Positions 37,962 to 51,335 of a stretch of 64,000 nucleotides of DNA are shown one piece after another. Source of the stretch: Octopus vulgaris (Eukaryota); assembly GCA_951406725.2 (NCBI GenBank), contig OX597817.1, positions 156,612,001-156,676,000 on the forward strand. Reading direction: 5' to 3'. A model generated the notes under the pieces. That model saw only the letters and a program-made list of their open reading frames with translations. It made no database searches and was not told where the DNA came from. The position numbers and the translations under genes were made by a program. Positions within the stretch are counted from its first letter, which is position 1. Each line of letters begins with the position of its first letter.

Positions 37962-40663
37962 GTAAATAGGTGTTTAAATCTCCTCTCTTTTTATTCTTTA
38001 TCACTCCAGTTCCTGATATTGCTGCATGTTGTTTAAAATGTAAATCATTCAACCAAATACTCTTGTCTGTTACATGTTGAAAGCACTCTTCTCTTAGATC
38101 AAACTCTCATTCTCTCTAGCATGGTTCTGTTAATGTCCTTGTTAGATTTATATAAATGATGGTTTATTATTATTATTATTATTATTATTATTTTATCATC
38201 ATTATTTTTGTATTTATTTTTTAGAAATATTTTGAAGTTTTAAAATCAAAATAGCTGTGCCATGGGAAAGGATCTCAGACTATTTTAAACTTAACCATTT
38301 TTTTTTTTCGTCCTTTCTTTAATCAAACCCATTTTACAGAATATCTTACTACTTGTTAGTGTCCTGAGGTCTGTCTGTTTGTCCTGCAAATTTATAATCA
38401 GGTTGATTAAATAAACCAGTATATTGAATAGCTAAAACAGGTGTAAAGCTATTGAATACTGCATTATGCTACAATGCAGTTTTGTCTTTAATCTAAGGTT
38501 AGTTTTTAAGATCTGGTACCCACTGGATTAGTATGCAATTTAGTTAAATCATTTTTACTTCACATGCCTGCCATTTTGCTATTTCCTACTTAGCATGAAA
38601 CTGATAACAGAAAATACATAAACCTTACCTTTGAATACCTTTGAGTATGTAATGTAACACAAGCACCACAAGTGTTGGTTGTCAGTTTATAAGCATCATC
38701 ACAGAACAGGAAATATGTAATGATGCTTTCTCTATGTTCTTTATTCATTGAATGCGCAATATATCACTCTCAGTATAGTTCTATTGTAATTCAACTGTCC
38801 TCTCTCCTTCTCTCTCTCTCTCTCTCTTTCTATCCCTCTCTCTCTCTCTCTAATGTAATCATGTTCTGTTATTGTGCGACTATCAAAACTATTGAATGAT
38901 CTTTCATATGAGTGAAGATTGTGAATTTGACCAATCAGGAAGGAGGAATACTGCTATTATGAACCTATAATTACTATTAACTAATGATCAGTGATGAGAT
39001 AAAGGGAAAAACCTAGTATGAAGTATTGTTCACAGGTGGTACTTTGGGGAAGTTTATTACATGTAGTTGAGAATTCCAGAATGAAAGTTATTCATAAATG
39101 AACCTATGGCTATAATCACTCCAATAAACTTTACTGCTAATTATGAATAGGAATTCATTCTATAAACAAAAGGAAATAAAATTGCTGGAATACTCGTTAG
39201 GCAAATGCCATGGTCATTAAACTCAGGCGTTCACAGTATAATTACCAATACATTTATACATTATTAGCAGCATTTTTTTCTGGCTTTACATTCTGAATTC
39301 AAATGCTGCCGAGGTAGACTTTGCCTTTCATCCTTTCAGGGTACCAGTTGAGCACCAGGGTCAACGTGTTTGATTTCCCTTAAAAGAACTGGCTTTGTGC
39401 CAAGAATTAGGAAAAAATATACGTTATTACTCTTTATTTCATAATGTCTGCATTACTTATCATTGATTTTTACTGTGTCCTTCCAATTTTCTTAAGCTTA
39501 TCGTTCAGCACTGGCTGCTGTTTAATAGCTTCTTAAGTAGAGAAGCTTGGTAGAAATTTGTAGATACCAATAATTTAACTGACTTTAGTGTTGCAATAAA
39601 TAAAAATTAATAATTTTACACTCTGTTTTATCCCTGCTGGAATGAATTAGGGACTATAAAAATGTATGAAAAATACTTGCATATTCATGCCAATCTGATT
39701 TTAATGAATATTTTCAACAGTTAAGAGAAGGGTTTTGAACATTTTGCTCTCTTCCAAAATTTATCAAAGCTGTTCCTGGATTTGTTGGTTGTATTCTCAT
39801 ATCAACTCTTTTCCCTGATTAAGATATTTTATCTTTTGTACATAATTAAGTAGTTCAGATTTTCTTTTTTTTTTTTCTTTTTTGCTTCTGTGCATAGTTT
39901 TATATCACTATGGGTATACTGTGCATTTATTGAATAAAAAATATGGGAAAGCAATTTATATTTAAATACAGTCACTTGCATTTTGATAAAACAAAACTCT
40001 CAGTTAGAAACAGACACATGATAGTTCTTATTTTGAAAAAAGGAGAAAAAAAACAACGATAAAATGAATTATAACATTTTTTAATTTTTGTCAAGACATG
40101 CTGAAATCCCCCTCCACATACATACTACATTGATGATGACTACACTGGTTATTATTGACCAGAGTTTATTTGCTAAAGTGCAAAAATTCTACATGTATAT
40201 GTTATTGTAATGTGAACTTGATATTACCAAACTTTAGCCATGGAATTTGTCTAGAAATAATTACCATTTCATTTATATTAATTTTTTTTAAACTCTCATT
40301 ATCATCCTCATTAATATTATTATTATCATTATCTGATTAAGTCGTTCCATTTATGGTTCTCACAAATTGGTATTGTATTTCTATTTTTATTTTCTCGAAA
40401 AGAGAACCAACAAAAAGAAAAAAAAAAAAGAATTTGCAATTCTGAAAACTGAATTAATTTCCATATTTTTATCATCTGATTGATTTGATTTCAGTGCAGG
40501 GAGAAATATTGTGATACCTGTAAATTGTATCTGCTAAGATTTATATTGTATTCTGTCTGACTACCTTGCTGATGTCTTCTTACTCTGGCTCGATGTTAAT
40601 CCTAACAACTAAAATAAAGGGAAAACCCCAAATGTCATTGCTTCCTTACTGTAATTATCGCAG

Positions 40664-40867
40664 CACCTCCCCCGCCAGCAGCGATGAGCCAGGATGAAGT
40701 ATTGGTTAAGCATGTGGACCGCAGGCGTCCAGAAGCTGCACCCATTGCTGAGTCTAGTGTGGATGGTTCTGACCGCAAAAAAAATGCCTTCGTTGAATTT
40801 GCTAGACAAATGGATGAACTAAGTGACATGGAAGAAACCATTAAACCAGTTGCCACTTCTGAACAAG
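40664..40867 (+). CDS. Ank2: Ankyrin tail exon (APPPPAAMSQDEVLVKHVDRRRPEAAPIAESSVDGSDRKKNAFVEFARQMDELSDMEETIKPVATSEQ)
   Basis: atcgcAG acceptor, AAG|GTACTA donor, 204 nt, symmetric phase 1; coding-like composition. Confidence 0.8.
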
Positions 40868-40869
40868 GT

Positions 40870-40885
40870 ACTAACTAGCTGCATG
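40870..40885 (+). promoter_or_regulatory. Candidate intronic splicing elements: ACTAAC (STAR/QKI-type) and TGCATG (Rbfox-type) directly after a donor
   Basis: GT-ACTAAC-tagc-TGCATG immediately follows exon 40664-40867; function inferred. Confidence 0.55.
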
Positions 40886-41339
40886 CTAGTCACTTCCCGA
40901 TTTAAATTCCAAGCCACATGCTGCTATTCTGCTCCAATTAACCCTAACGCCGCTTCTGAAAATCTCAAAATACATAACAAGGCTGCTGCAAATATGTTTT
41001 CTTTTAAACTTTTTACTTATATATATATATATATTCTTGCAATATGGAAATAGCCTTGTTGGTTATTTCAAATTTTTAATCCCCAACTTTTTTAATTTTT
41101 TTTTTTTTTTTTTACACTTGACTAATTATGAATATATTAAGAATAAATTAACAGCATTGAACAGTTTCTTTCACTTTTTACCTGTGCTGGTATGGCTTTG
41201 CAATTTCTTGTACTTTAGCTCACACCTTTAACTCTACAGAAACAAGAAAGCATGTATAAGAAAAAATAAATAACCCTTAGCCACAATAATTCCTTTATCA
41301 ATTAAGTCTCCCTAACAGCATCAAATGACATATATATAG

Positions 41340-41374
<35 letters not shown>

Positions 41375-43115
41375 TACGTATGTTTATATATATATATATA
41401 TACCTTATATATATATATGCACACTCAACAACGTTTTTATCACTCAAACCTTTATCCCAACAACTCCAGATCATTTAGAATTTTGGTAATTATCTCCTTT
41501 CCCTTGATTTTTGCATGAAATTTCATTGTCTTTTGCCTGATTTTTTTTTTTTTTTAATTTTTAACCTTGCGTCCTTCACTATTTTAGTAGTAGAACACCT
41601 GAGTTCTAATGGAAGATGAAAATATCTACTTTATCATTAAATCAGGTATAAATCAGAGACTAGTCACAAATCATGGGCAGCTCAGGATTTCATCTAAAAA
41701 AAAAATTTTTTTTTTTTAATTTCTATGCAATATCCTCACTCATAAACACACATCATACCTAATCTCACTCAACTGAATCGTTTCCTATTTTGAGCAAATA
41801 ATTCCATGACAAAAAGTCTTTCCTCATCCCTTCTGACTACCTCAATAAAATTACAAGAGTTGGTTGGATTGTTATATAAATTTAGACATTTTTTGTGAAT
41901 TCTTAAATTCTTAAAGCAATGAAATTATTTTACAACTAATTATCCAGTTGTTTTGTCTAATGTATTCCCAATCAACTTATAATCATTTAGTGCTCTCTCT
42001 CTCTCTATATATATATACATACATATATATATATATACATACACACACACATGTAAATAAATACTAACACATATTTTTTAATATGCATAATATATATTAT
42101 TAATAAAGCAAAGAGAAAACTAGTCCAAGGAAGTGATACCCTGCGTCAAAGAGAAAAAATAATAAAATTCATAAAGTAGGTTTGGGAGCCTTCACTTCAT
42201 TCACAGCCTTTGAACACACCTCTCATTTTTTCAAAGAAGGGACAAGCCCAAAACATCAGAACACATTTCTTATTTCTTACAAGAAACTTACTCTCCTCAG
42301 AGAAAAATTTATCACATTTTACAAATTCTATAAATAATTGCTAAATTTAATATATTCATATAGAGTGGTATGTTTTATCTAAAGTTTAACCCTTTAAAAG
42401 TCATTAAAAAGTATTGGATATGACTGAATGGTGAAACTATGGGAAACATGATTTCCTCTGTGATTTGGCAGTTTGACAGTCCTGTTAAAAGTAACATTCC
42501 AATGCAAATTGCTAGCTTGAATAAATATCGTGATATGGTGACTGGATTTTAATGTTAGATATATAGTTGTTAAATATATAGCCACCAATTTGACACAGTC
42601 ATATGAAATATGTCGCCAGTGAAATATTAATATGGCAAGATGTAAATAACAAAAACTGCAGTCACAGGGGAGTATTTTCAGTCACTATCCCGTCTTTGTT
42701 CACTTATTCAAGTCCTGTTGTGATACAATCCAACGGCCACTCTGGTTAAAGGAAAGGTAACATGCAGTAATAAGGTACCTCCAGGGCTGGTAGTTTATTA
42801 ACATAGTTAATCAAAGATCAGAATGAAGCTTTTTTGGGTCAGCATTATACCTTCTGTTTTGTTTTACCTGTTGACTTTAGAAAACAACCAAGAGTTAAAT
42901 AAGAGCAATTCTTGAAAAATAGTACTCTTGAACATTCTGCCATCATTCTCTCTTTGAATCTTGAATTAGACATGGCCTTAAAATAGCATTGCAATACCAT
43001 AATTCTACATTCTGTAACTGACAATAGTTTATCTCTTTTTTTTTTGTCTGGTTTTAGGCTTCCATTAAAGAAATAATTATATCAATATCTACATACATAA
43101 ATGTGTATGTATGTA

Positions 43116-43159
<44 letters not shown>

Positions 43160-44849
43160 CATATATATGTATGTAAATGTTTGTGTATATACATACATAT
43201 ATATACATACATAACATAACGTAACATTATTAAAGCCTATTTCTAAACTTGAAACATATTTAGCTCTGTAGTAAAATAAATATTGATGTTGTGGGCCCCC
43301 CACCAAAAAAAAAAAAAACAGTTTCCAGCAAATGTCTTAGAAAGTCTTCAACAACAATACTGTTATGTATGTTAAAAGCATATAAATATGATTACAAAAG
43401 CAGATTTTTATGGTTGTCATGGAGTGTACCATTTTCATTTATTTTATACACACACATATACACTCATGCATGTTTGTATCATAAACATATATGACTCTTT
43501 CAACTGTTTGAGAGAATATGAGTGAAGGAATATTGTCTCATGATTGTAGCTTGTACATTTTATCATTAGAAGACTTCAAATAATAAAAATAAAATAGAGG
43601 CTGTGTGTGTGTGTTCAGTTATTGATTAACCCAAGTCATAGCTGATAAAGCAAACCAAAGATCTGTGTTTATCCCATCTTTATTTCAGTCATAATGTATT
43701 TAAGACTACATTATCCAATTGGTGCATTTTTTTTTTATCGTGTGGTATGAAGAAATTTGGCTGCTGTTTCTAGCAAAGTGTGTGACCATGTAGGAGTTCT
43801 CTTGTTGTGCTTGTGAGGGTGAAAGAGTAAATATTCCAAGTTCAGGAGCAATTACCAAAAATAACATGTGGAAATTGAAAGTATCCCATGATGTATGTAT
43901 GTATGTGTTTGCATGTACATATGATTGTGTTTACATTTGAGCTCTATGAAACAAGGTATGGGCTGTGTTGCTGCTGTCACTTCTATCAACAAATCATCGG
44001 CTCCCTTCATGCCTTCAAACATGTGTGGATTTAGAGATCCCACACTTGAAAAGCAGTTAAGAGTTAATAACAGGAAGGGCACCCAGCTGTAAAGAAATGT
44101 CTCAATAGCATTCAGCCCATGTGAGCATGGAAAAAACAGACATGAACAATTGAAAGAAAGAATTTGTTGGTTTAAACCTAGTATAACATAGATATATAAT
44201 ACTCTGATTCATTCAGAGTTGTATTGTTATAGAAGGCCAGATGCAGGTACTCTGGCTAAAACACTTCTGATTATTATAAGATGTGGACACTGGTCCGGAT
44301 ATATCAATGTGCAATGACAATTATTCCTCATCTCAGAAAATTAGACAAAATATAAAATAGAGCATTTTGTTACGTTCATATGTTTTTAATTTACATTTTT
44401 AATTTATTATACATAACAAAGCAAATAACTGACTAATTTATAGATAACTAGTGCAGCTTGTATTACTATTTTCACCATAACTGCATGAAACCTGCTAAAC
44501 CTCTCTAATTGATGTTTATTGGCAGAAGTTTAACTTTTTAAAGCATGTCTAATTCTTTTTACTAATGTAACAGTTTTAGTCAACCTAAGGTCACACATAG
44601 TCTAGTCATGACTATTCAGTCTTATTGTCTGACATAATATATTTCAGACCACATTACTTTCAGTGTGACCTTTGGAGGGAGTAGGTGACAGTGGGATGTA
44701 ACTTGAGGAGGATTTGACTACTTTTTCTAGCAGGTTGAACAGCCAGTAAGTAAATGGCTTGAGTACGTCTTGTAATTCTGTTTGGTACAATTCCTTGGAG
44801 ATGTTGAAACGACCAAGTGGATAAGTTACTAAACTACCAGAAACAAGCA

Positions 44850-45180
44850 AGCATGACTGTGTGGTTAAGATAATCACATGGTTTCAGATTCAGTCCCACT
44901 GCATGGTACCTTGAATATGAGTCTTCTATAGCCCTTAGCTGATCAGATCCTTGTAAGTGGATGTGATTGATGGAAACTGAAAGAAGTGAATTATACAAGT
45001 GGTGTCCTTCATTTCCAATCTTCAGTAAAAACATGTCTGGCCATGGAGAAATATTACCTTGCTTGGAAACAGGTAGATGTTGGTGACAGGAACTGCCCCT
45101 CCAGCTGCAGAAAATCTGCCTTAACAAGTTTCATCTGGGGCCCATGTGCAATCATGGAAAAGTAGAAGTTAAAACAATAA
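44850..45180 (+). mobile_element. SINE with family 3 head and RTE-type tail (relative at about 26498-26870)
   Basis: Family 3 head to gaaactgaaagaag, then aaaacatgtctggccatggagaaat...catggaaaagt.ga.gttaaaacaat. Confidence 0.7.
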
Positions 45181-45198
45181 TTTTATATATATGAATAA

Positions 45199-45249
<51 letters not shown>

Positions 45250-46528
45250 ATGTATATATACCTACATAAAGTACAGGCTATCTGGAAATGATCAATGTTT
45301 GAACCAATTGAAATCTGCATCAGATAAATACCTGAGGAATAAGGTTGATAGTCCAAAGAATTTTATAGTAATAACTAATTTCAAGTATTCTTTGAAATTG
45401 TAGCAAGAGTTATTATTTTCTTGCCAATATCTGCTATAAAACTACATCATCTAAAGACTTTGATATCTAAAAGCATGACATAGTACTGAAAGCATGAAAT
45501 GCTTTTTAAGAAGCTTTTATAATTCTTTCATTTTTTGTAAATACTTTCCATATACACCAACATTGCAACTACTAAGTATTACTAAGATTCTTTTAATGTT
45601 CTTGTGACAGTTATTGGAAGGTGATGAAAGGACCGAATGTTGTGGAGGATAAGGTTCTACAAATATTTCATTGAACTCCCTACACTCGGCACTTATTTCC
45701 TTTCATCAGTTTTCTATAACTGTGATTGAATGACAATGCTTCAAGTAAAACGATAAGATTAGTTATTTTTATCTTTATTTCACTAAATTTTTCCATTCTA
45801 CCTCTTTATATATATATATATATTATATATATATTTATATATTATATATATATTTATATATTTATATATTATATATTATATATTATATATTATATATATA
45901 TATATTTATATATTATATATATATATATATTCACATACACAATCCAAACATATTAACCTGCATGTTTTTTTTTTCTTTCCAAATTCCTCCAAATATTTCA
46001 TTCTTCCTAACAGATTATATTACCATTCCTATCAAATTTTTTCAATATGCATGACTCCTCATAATAATCACAATAATAGTTAGAGACTTCCTCTCAGCTA
46101 ATACTTTAAGGAAAAAACACTCACAATATTGATCATAAATATTATTTATTGTTTTGAATTATATATTCAACTTATAAACAAGTCACTGACTATTTTTACA
46201 GTATTTCTTTTAAATTTGTTTCATCCTTAAGTAGTTTTTTTTTTTTCATGAGTATCATTATTTTAACGTAATAATTTTGATGTTATTATCAAAGTTACTT
46301 TGTATTCAGTTTTGGGGGAGGAGACATTTTATTTTAAAGCAAAAAACATACATAAAGGTTTCTTTTTTACTTAAAGAATATATATTCTAAAATATATATA
46401 TATATACACACACATATACACTCTTCAGTGACAGTGATATATGAATTGACAAAGATATGTATCTCTATATACTATTTTTTAAACGTTCTGTTGCCCCGCC
46501 CCAATTTTTGTTTATTCATCCATGACAG

Positions 46529-46741
46529 ATGAAAAACCGTCTATCAGTGAAGAAACTATAGTAAGTAGAGTGAAGGGAGCTGGGACTGTGACGTCAGTCA
46601 TCACCAAAACCGTTGTCACAGAAACAGTCGCTAAGGAAGCTATTGTCAAAGACGAAGCCCCAGAAGTGATGGCTCCGTGTGTGGATGTTGCTGATACAAG
46701 ATCATCAAGCGGCAGCTCTATCTGCGACAAAGAACAACAAG
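46529..46741 (+). CDS. Ank2: Ankyrin tail exon (DEKPSISEETIVSRVKGAGTVTSVITKTVVTETVAKEAIVKDEAPEVMAPCVDVADTRSSSGSSICDKEQQ)
   Basis: catgacAG acceptor, AAG|GTACAA donor, 213 nt, symmetric phase 1; T/V/E/K-rich like ankyrin tails. Confidence 0.78.
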
Positions 46742-47822
46742 GTACAATGCACGGTGTGGAATAGCATGGTCTGCTTTAATCGTCAGACTTCTCCAAGAAA
46801 AAAAAAATAGTTCCTTGTGTTTTCTTGAAGAACATTGAACCCCCTTGCTGAATTTTCTGCATGATATTCCGTCTGCTTTCGGTGATCACTGTAGATGACT
46901 GCACTTGACACTATGATGACCAACATGAACTATTATTTCTTTTCCTGTTTTTTTTTTTTGTTTTTGTTTTTTTTTTTTTGAAATTTTGTTTGTTTTATTT
47001 TGTTTCCTCCTTTTTAATGGGTCCTCATATAAGTGTAAATTAGATTAAGCTATCTCAATAACCTCATGAGATTTACACTTTTGTTAATAATCACTTCAAT
47101 CCACCATAAGAACTAATAATGTTGCTGAGATCACATTGCTGATAATATCAACCAGAGGCATCAATGGTTCTAATCTCACCATGGGATCTACTTGACTCAG
47201 AAAAAACAGCAGCTTTTTTTTTTTTTGAATCCCCTCGAAAGAATCCATGTCGAAATAAATGTGAGCAGAGAATGTATTGTGTTGGTATTACAGAATTTTA
47301 ATATCACAAACTGAGAAACTACTTAAATTATATTTGCAAACTATTTGAGGACCCTGATTCTTTGCTTCCAGTTGGCTGACAAACTATATCCTTGTTTGCC
47401 AAAATCTTTTTCTTTTTCATGACAGTTTTGCATTTTCCATTTTAACAAATTTTAGATGTCATCTTTCCTTTCCTTATTTCTCTTCCAAATGTCTTACTAA
47501 CACTGGTATGGAATTTTTAAGTTGTGTTTGGTCTTTCCTTTTGGAATTGCGACCACTTGGAATTTTCTGAAGCTTCATATTCTTTGACTCTTTTTGCTCT
47601 GAATCTACCTTCAGGCTGAAGAAAATACTTTCCTTTCTAAGATTCTCTGTAATCAATTGGTTCTTTGTTCTTCAAATTTAAGCTAACAAAATAGAATGAA
47701 AAATAATTAGAATTTTTCAGAAATATTTGCATGAAGTTTTGGGATGCAATATTTATCAAACTTGAATTAGTTTCTATCTTTTTTTTCCCCTATTTTCCTC
47801 TCTTCTAAGTTCTTAAAGCATG

Positions 47823-47860
<38 letters not shown>

Positions 47861-49078
47861 AATGCCATCCTCCTAATTTTGGTCTCTGCTCATTTTTTAC
47901 TGTTTATGCCTGCAGTTACTTCATTTTTCATTCAGTTTTTGGATTAAATAGAGATTAATTTATTCTGTTAACTCTAGAAAATAATTCATCAAGTTTTAAT
48001 GTTTTTTTGATTAAGAGAAGTGAAGTTTATCTTTCTTACTCAAATTAACAAGATTAATGTTAGATGACTTCTTTCTGCTTGTTGTTATATAAGTTATTAA
48101 CATCTGATGTAATCCTGTTCAATACATTCCAGTGGCATTGCTTGAGAAGAAATACAAAGCCACAAATAACTCGTATCTCTGGTTTTTGCATGTTATTCTT
48201 GATTCTAGCTGTCTTTCTTTTTAGCTTTTAATTTATTTTAAGAAGGTAGTGGAGAAATTGCATGAACAGATATATCTTTTCCCATGGAAAAAAATAGAGA
48301 ATGTTTCAATTTCAGTTTTGAAATAGAAAGTCTTGTCTGTGTTAGTTCATGACATCATTAAAATCAAGATTTGTAACATAAGGTCTTAACGCTTCTATTA
48401 CTTCATATAACAAATTCTTTGTTGCCTAATTCTACTCTGTATTCAGAAGTTTGGGGTTATACTCACTTTTAAGGCTTTGTTACTGCTTTGTTTTTTCCTT
48501 TCTTTGTTTTTGTTTTTCATTTGAAGTTTGTTTTGGCTTCTGTATTAGCAAGTTAAGCAATTCAGCAAGAAGCATATGCAATTCTGATTAATCCAGGAAT
48601 TAAGACTAATTAAGTATTATATGTGTTCTTGTAATGTATACTCATCTTTAATTTGTGTGTGCAAATTGTTCCACCATTCTGATTAATATTTAAGGGATTC
48701 GTCCTAAGAGGTTTATTATCATAAGTTACTAACTTCATATGTTTTCAATCTAAATTATCATACATTTTCCTATGACAATATTGCTATTAGCTGTTCTTTG
48801 TACCATAAAATAAACCATCTTCAGAAAGATGAAGTAACCATCCCAAAAATATTTTCTGTGAAGCATCAAGCGAACTTAGCATCTTGGACTTCTTTTAAAG
48901 AACGGTCGAAAATGACCAGTGCTACTTCATGCAGATAGACTTTTCTGCCATTGATTCATCATTGTTAGTTTTTATTTTTTTTTAATTCTGCTAATATGTA
49001 GAGAAATAATCAGTTGATTTGGACCTCATTTTCACCCGTGCCAAATCTGGGCTCACTTAAAACATCATTGATATACTG

Positions 49079-49114
<36 letters not shown>

Positions 49115-49127
<13 letters not shown>

Positions 49128-49354
49128 TAGCATATATATATATACATATATGTACGTACCTACATCTACATGTATATATACACGCATATATGAGTATAGA
49201 TCCAGTCCAGTTCCTTGGGTTTCTGTCTATGTTTTCGTTTCTCATTGTGTTCGACGTTTTTTGGTGTCCTGTACTCATATATGCGTGTATATATACATGT
49301 AGAGGTAGGTATGTACATATATGTATATATATATATGCATATGTTTTATTTATT
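49115..49354. repeat. Long inverted repeat (arms about 86 bp, loop about 66 bp)
   Basis: 49115-49200 is the reverse complement of 49267-49354 with only a few mismatches, including non-microsatellite sequence. Confidence 0.88.
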
Positions 49355-51106
49355 ATATTATATGACGGAACGCACGCATCCCTTTCTAAGTAAGATTGTT
49401 CTTGATATATATATATATATATAAAACAAATTAATTTACTCTGCTATGTATTGAGTACCTTATTTACTGTGGTTAACCCCGACTCAACCCGGGACCTACA
49501 TACATACATATATATATATATATACTGTTGTGTATAAGTGGCTATCATTGTATATCAATAATAATGATCATAATATCTGACATAAACATATAGCAAGATA
49601 TTATATAGGCAGGATGTTGAGGTACATCAAATCAAACTTGGTTACTTTCGAAGGTTAACTGTTATTATTGACATAGAAATGTTTTTACTTCTTCGTTTTA
49701 TATAGGAAATATTTTTTTTGGTGAATTTTAAATCTGTTGTAGTTGGTCACTTCATTCCTGCACTGATCAATTCTATTTGTCTTGTATATGGTCAGTAAAT
49801 AATTAGTGCTGGATTAATCAATATGGTTAAACAATTAGTGTTGGACAGAACTAAGTGGTCTTAAATAATTAGTGGTCAAGCAACTGTATTTTACCAAAAT
49901 TAGTCTGTCCAAAGACAGAAGTCATTTGCCTTAAGTCCAGGTAAAATTCTGATCATGTCTGGCTGTAATTCTGGATTTTATCACCATCATCATCATCATC
50001 ATCTTTATTTTTATTATTATTATTATTATTTTTATTATTATTATTTGTATTGGTGTTAGTTGCAAATATATATTTGTGACTATTTCTTTTAAGCTTTAGT
50101 GGCTTCTTGTTTTGTGGTCAGCTGGTCAGCCTTGTCCTTGTGCACACTTTTTTCTCTGGGCAAAACAACAATTCCGTTTAATTAGTACTTTAGTTTTAAA
50201 ACTTTAACATTGTAGTTTTCCTCTAATAATTTCTCTTGTATAGTTAATTAAAAACTACTTCAACATATAAATTAAGCAATTGTCATGAAGTTGTTTCACT
50301 TCTGCCAAATTTATTCAAATTGTATCTTTAAGTCGGAAACAATCAATAAACAACGCTGTTAATGTTAACGATCTTTCATTTATTCATGGCACTGTAATGG
50401 CTTTCAAACTTGGTAACAGGAATAAATTAATTTATAAAAAAAAAAAAAAAAAACATTTTTTAAGTGATTAATAAAGTTATTAAATAAATTATAAAGTATT
50501 TTATAAAATAGATTTTGAATAAAATAATTGAAAATTATTAATTTTCTTTATCAGTTCACATATGTAGATGTAGCTATTGGTATTATTGATGTAGCATTGA
50601 TATTATTTGTGTGCATGTGTGTACGTTCTTACACACACATTCACACATGTACTTAGTCGTTTCCTTAAAACTGAACATTTGTATTGTTATTCTGAGAGTC
50701 CTGTATGATGTTCTTCAAACAAATGCCACGCAGGAAGAACTCAGTATAGCAACCGTGATTTTTTCAGTTTTCATCAAATCGAGGAATAACGCTCTGTGAC
50801 AGGCATCGTCCCTTGCATTACGGAAACATTGCATTTCCTAAAAATCTTGCAGTAATGTGGTGCTGTGTAATGTGAAGCATGTTTTCTGTATGACTTTCAT
50901 GTTCATAGACTTCTGTGCAACAGGGAAGTCTGTGGAAGATGGGTTTTATATAGTGGGATTCCACATGAGATTTTTCAGAATGCAAACACTTCTATAATAC
51001 AAGGGCTGCTTCTGTATTTATATATAAAAATATATATATACTGAGTATTTTTCTCGTGTCTATTTAAATGCACACACACATACACACCAGTGTATGTATG
51101 TGTAAT

Positions 51107-51140
<34 letters not shown>

Positions 51141-51278
51141 TTCATGTTCAGTTAAATGAAGGAACTTTATACATATATATATATATATATGATGGACAGA
51201 TAGATAAGATAGTATTGTTGTAATTTTAAATAGCCATCTAATATTTTTTAAAACTGTATTGAATCTGTCATTTTTCAG

Positions 51279-51335
51279 AAATTTTACCTCAAACTAAGAC
51301 TCCTCCACCTTCGCCAACTGAAACGTCTACATCAG
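51279..51335 (+). CDS. Ank2: Ankyrin tail exon, 57 nt (EILPQTKTPPPSPTETSTS)
   Basis: tttttcAG acceptor, CAG|GTAGCT donor, symmetric phase 1; TPPPSP motif. Confidence 0.72.

Larger units (their letters stand above)
3963..51335 (+). other. Ank2: Partial multi-exon ankyrin gene (ANK2/unc-44-like): ZU5-ZU5-UPA-death domain-C-terminal tail; 5' part lies outside the window
   Basis: About 15 GT-AG exons join in phase without stops. Peptides [60 protein letters not shown] and ICNLNI match canonical ankyrin spectrin-binding-region motifs. The symbol denotes the family; one-to-one orthology was not tested. Confidence 0.95.

Noticed and set aside
46561-46566. Consensus GTAAGT donor inside the 213-nt exon
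   Set aside because: Phase 0 would frameshift against the next phase 1 exon, and the frame stays open to 46741.
49706-49720. 15-nt in-frame microexon candidate
   Set aside because: The body is mostly a T homopolymer and the donor is weak; likely chance.
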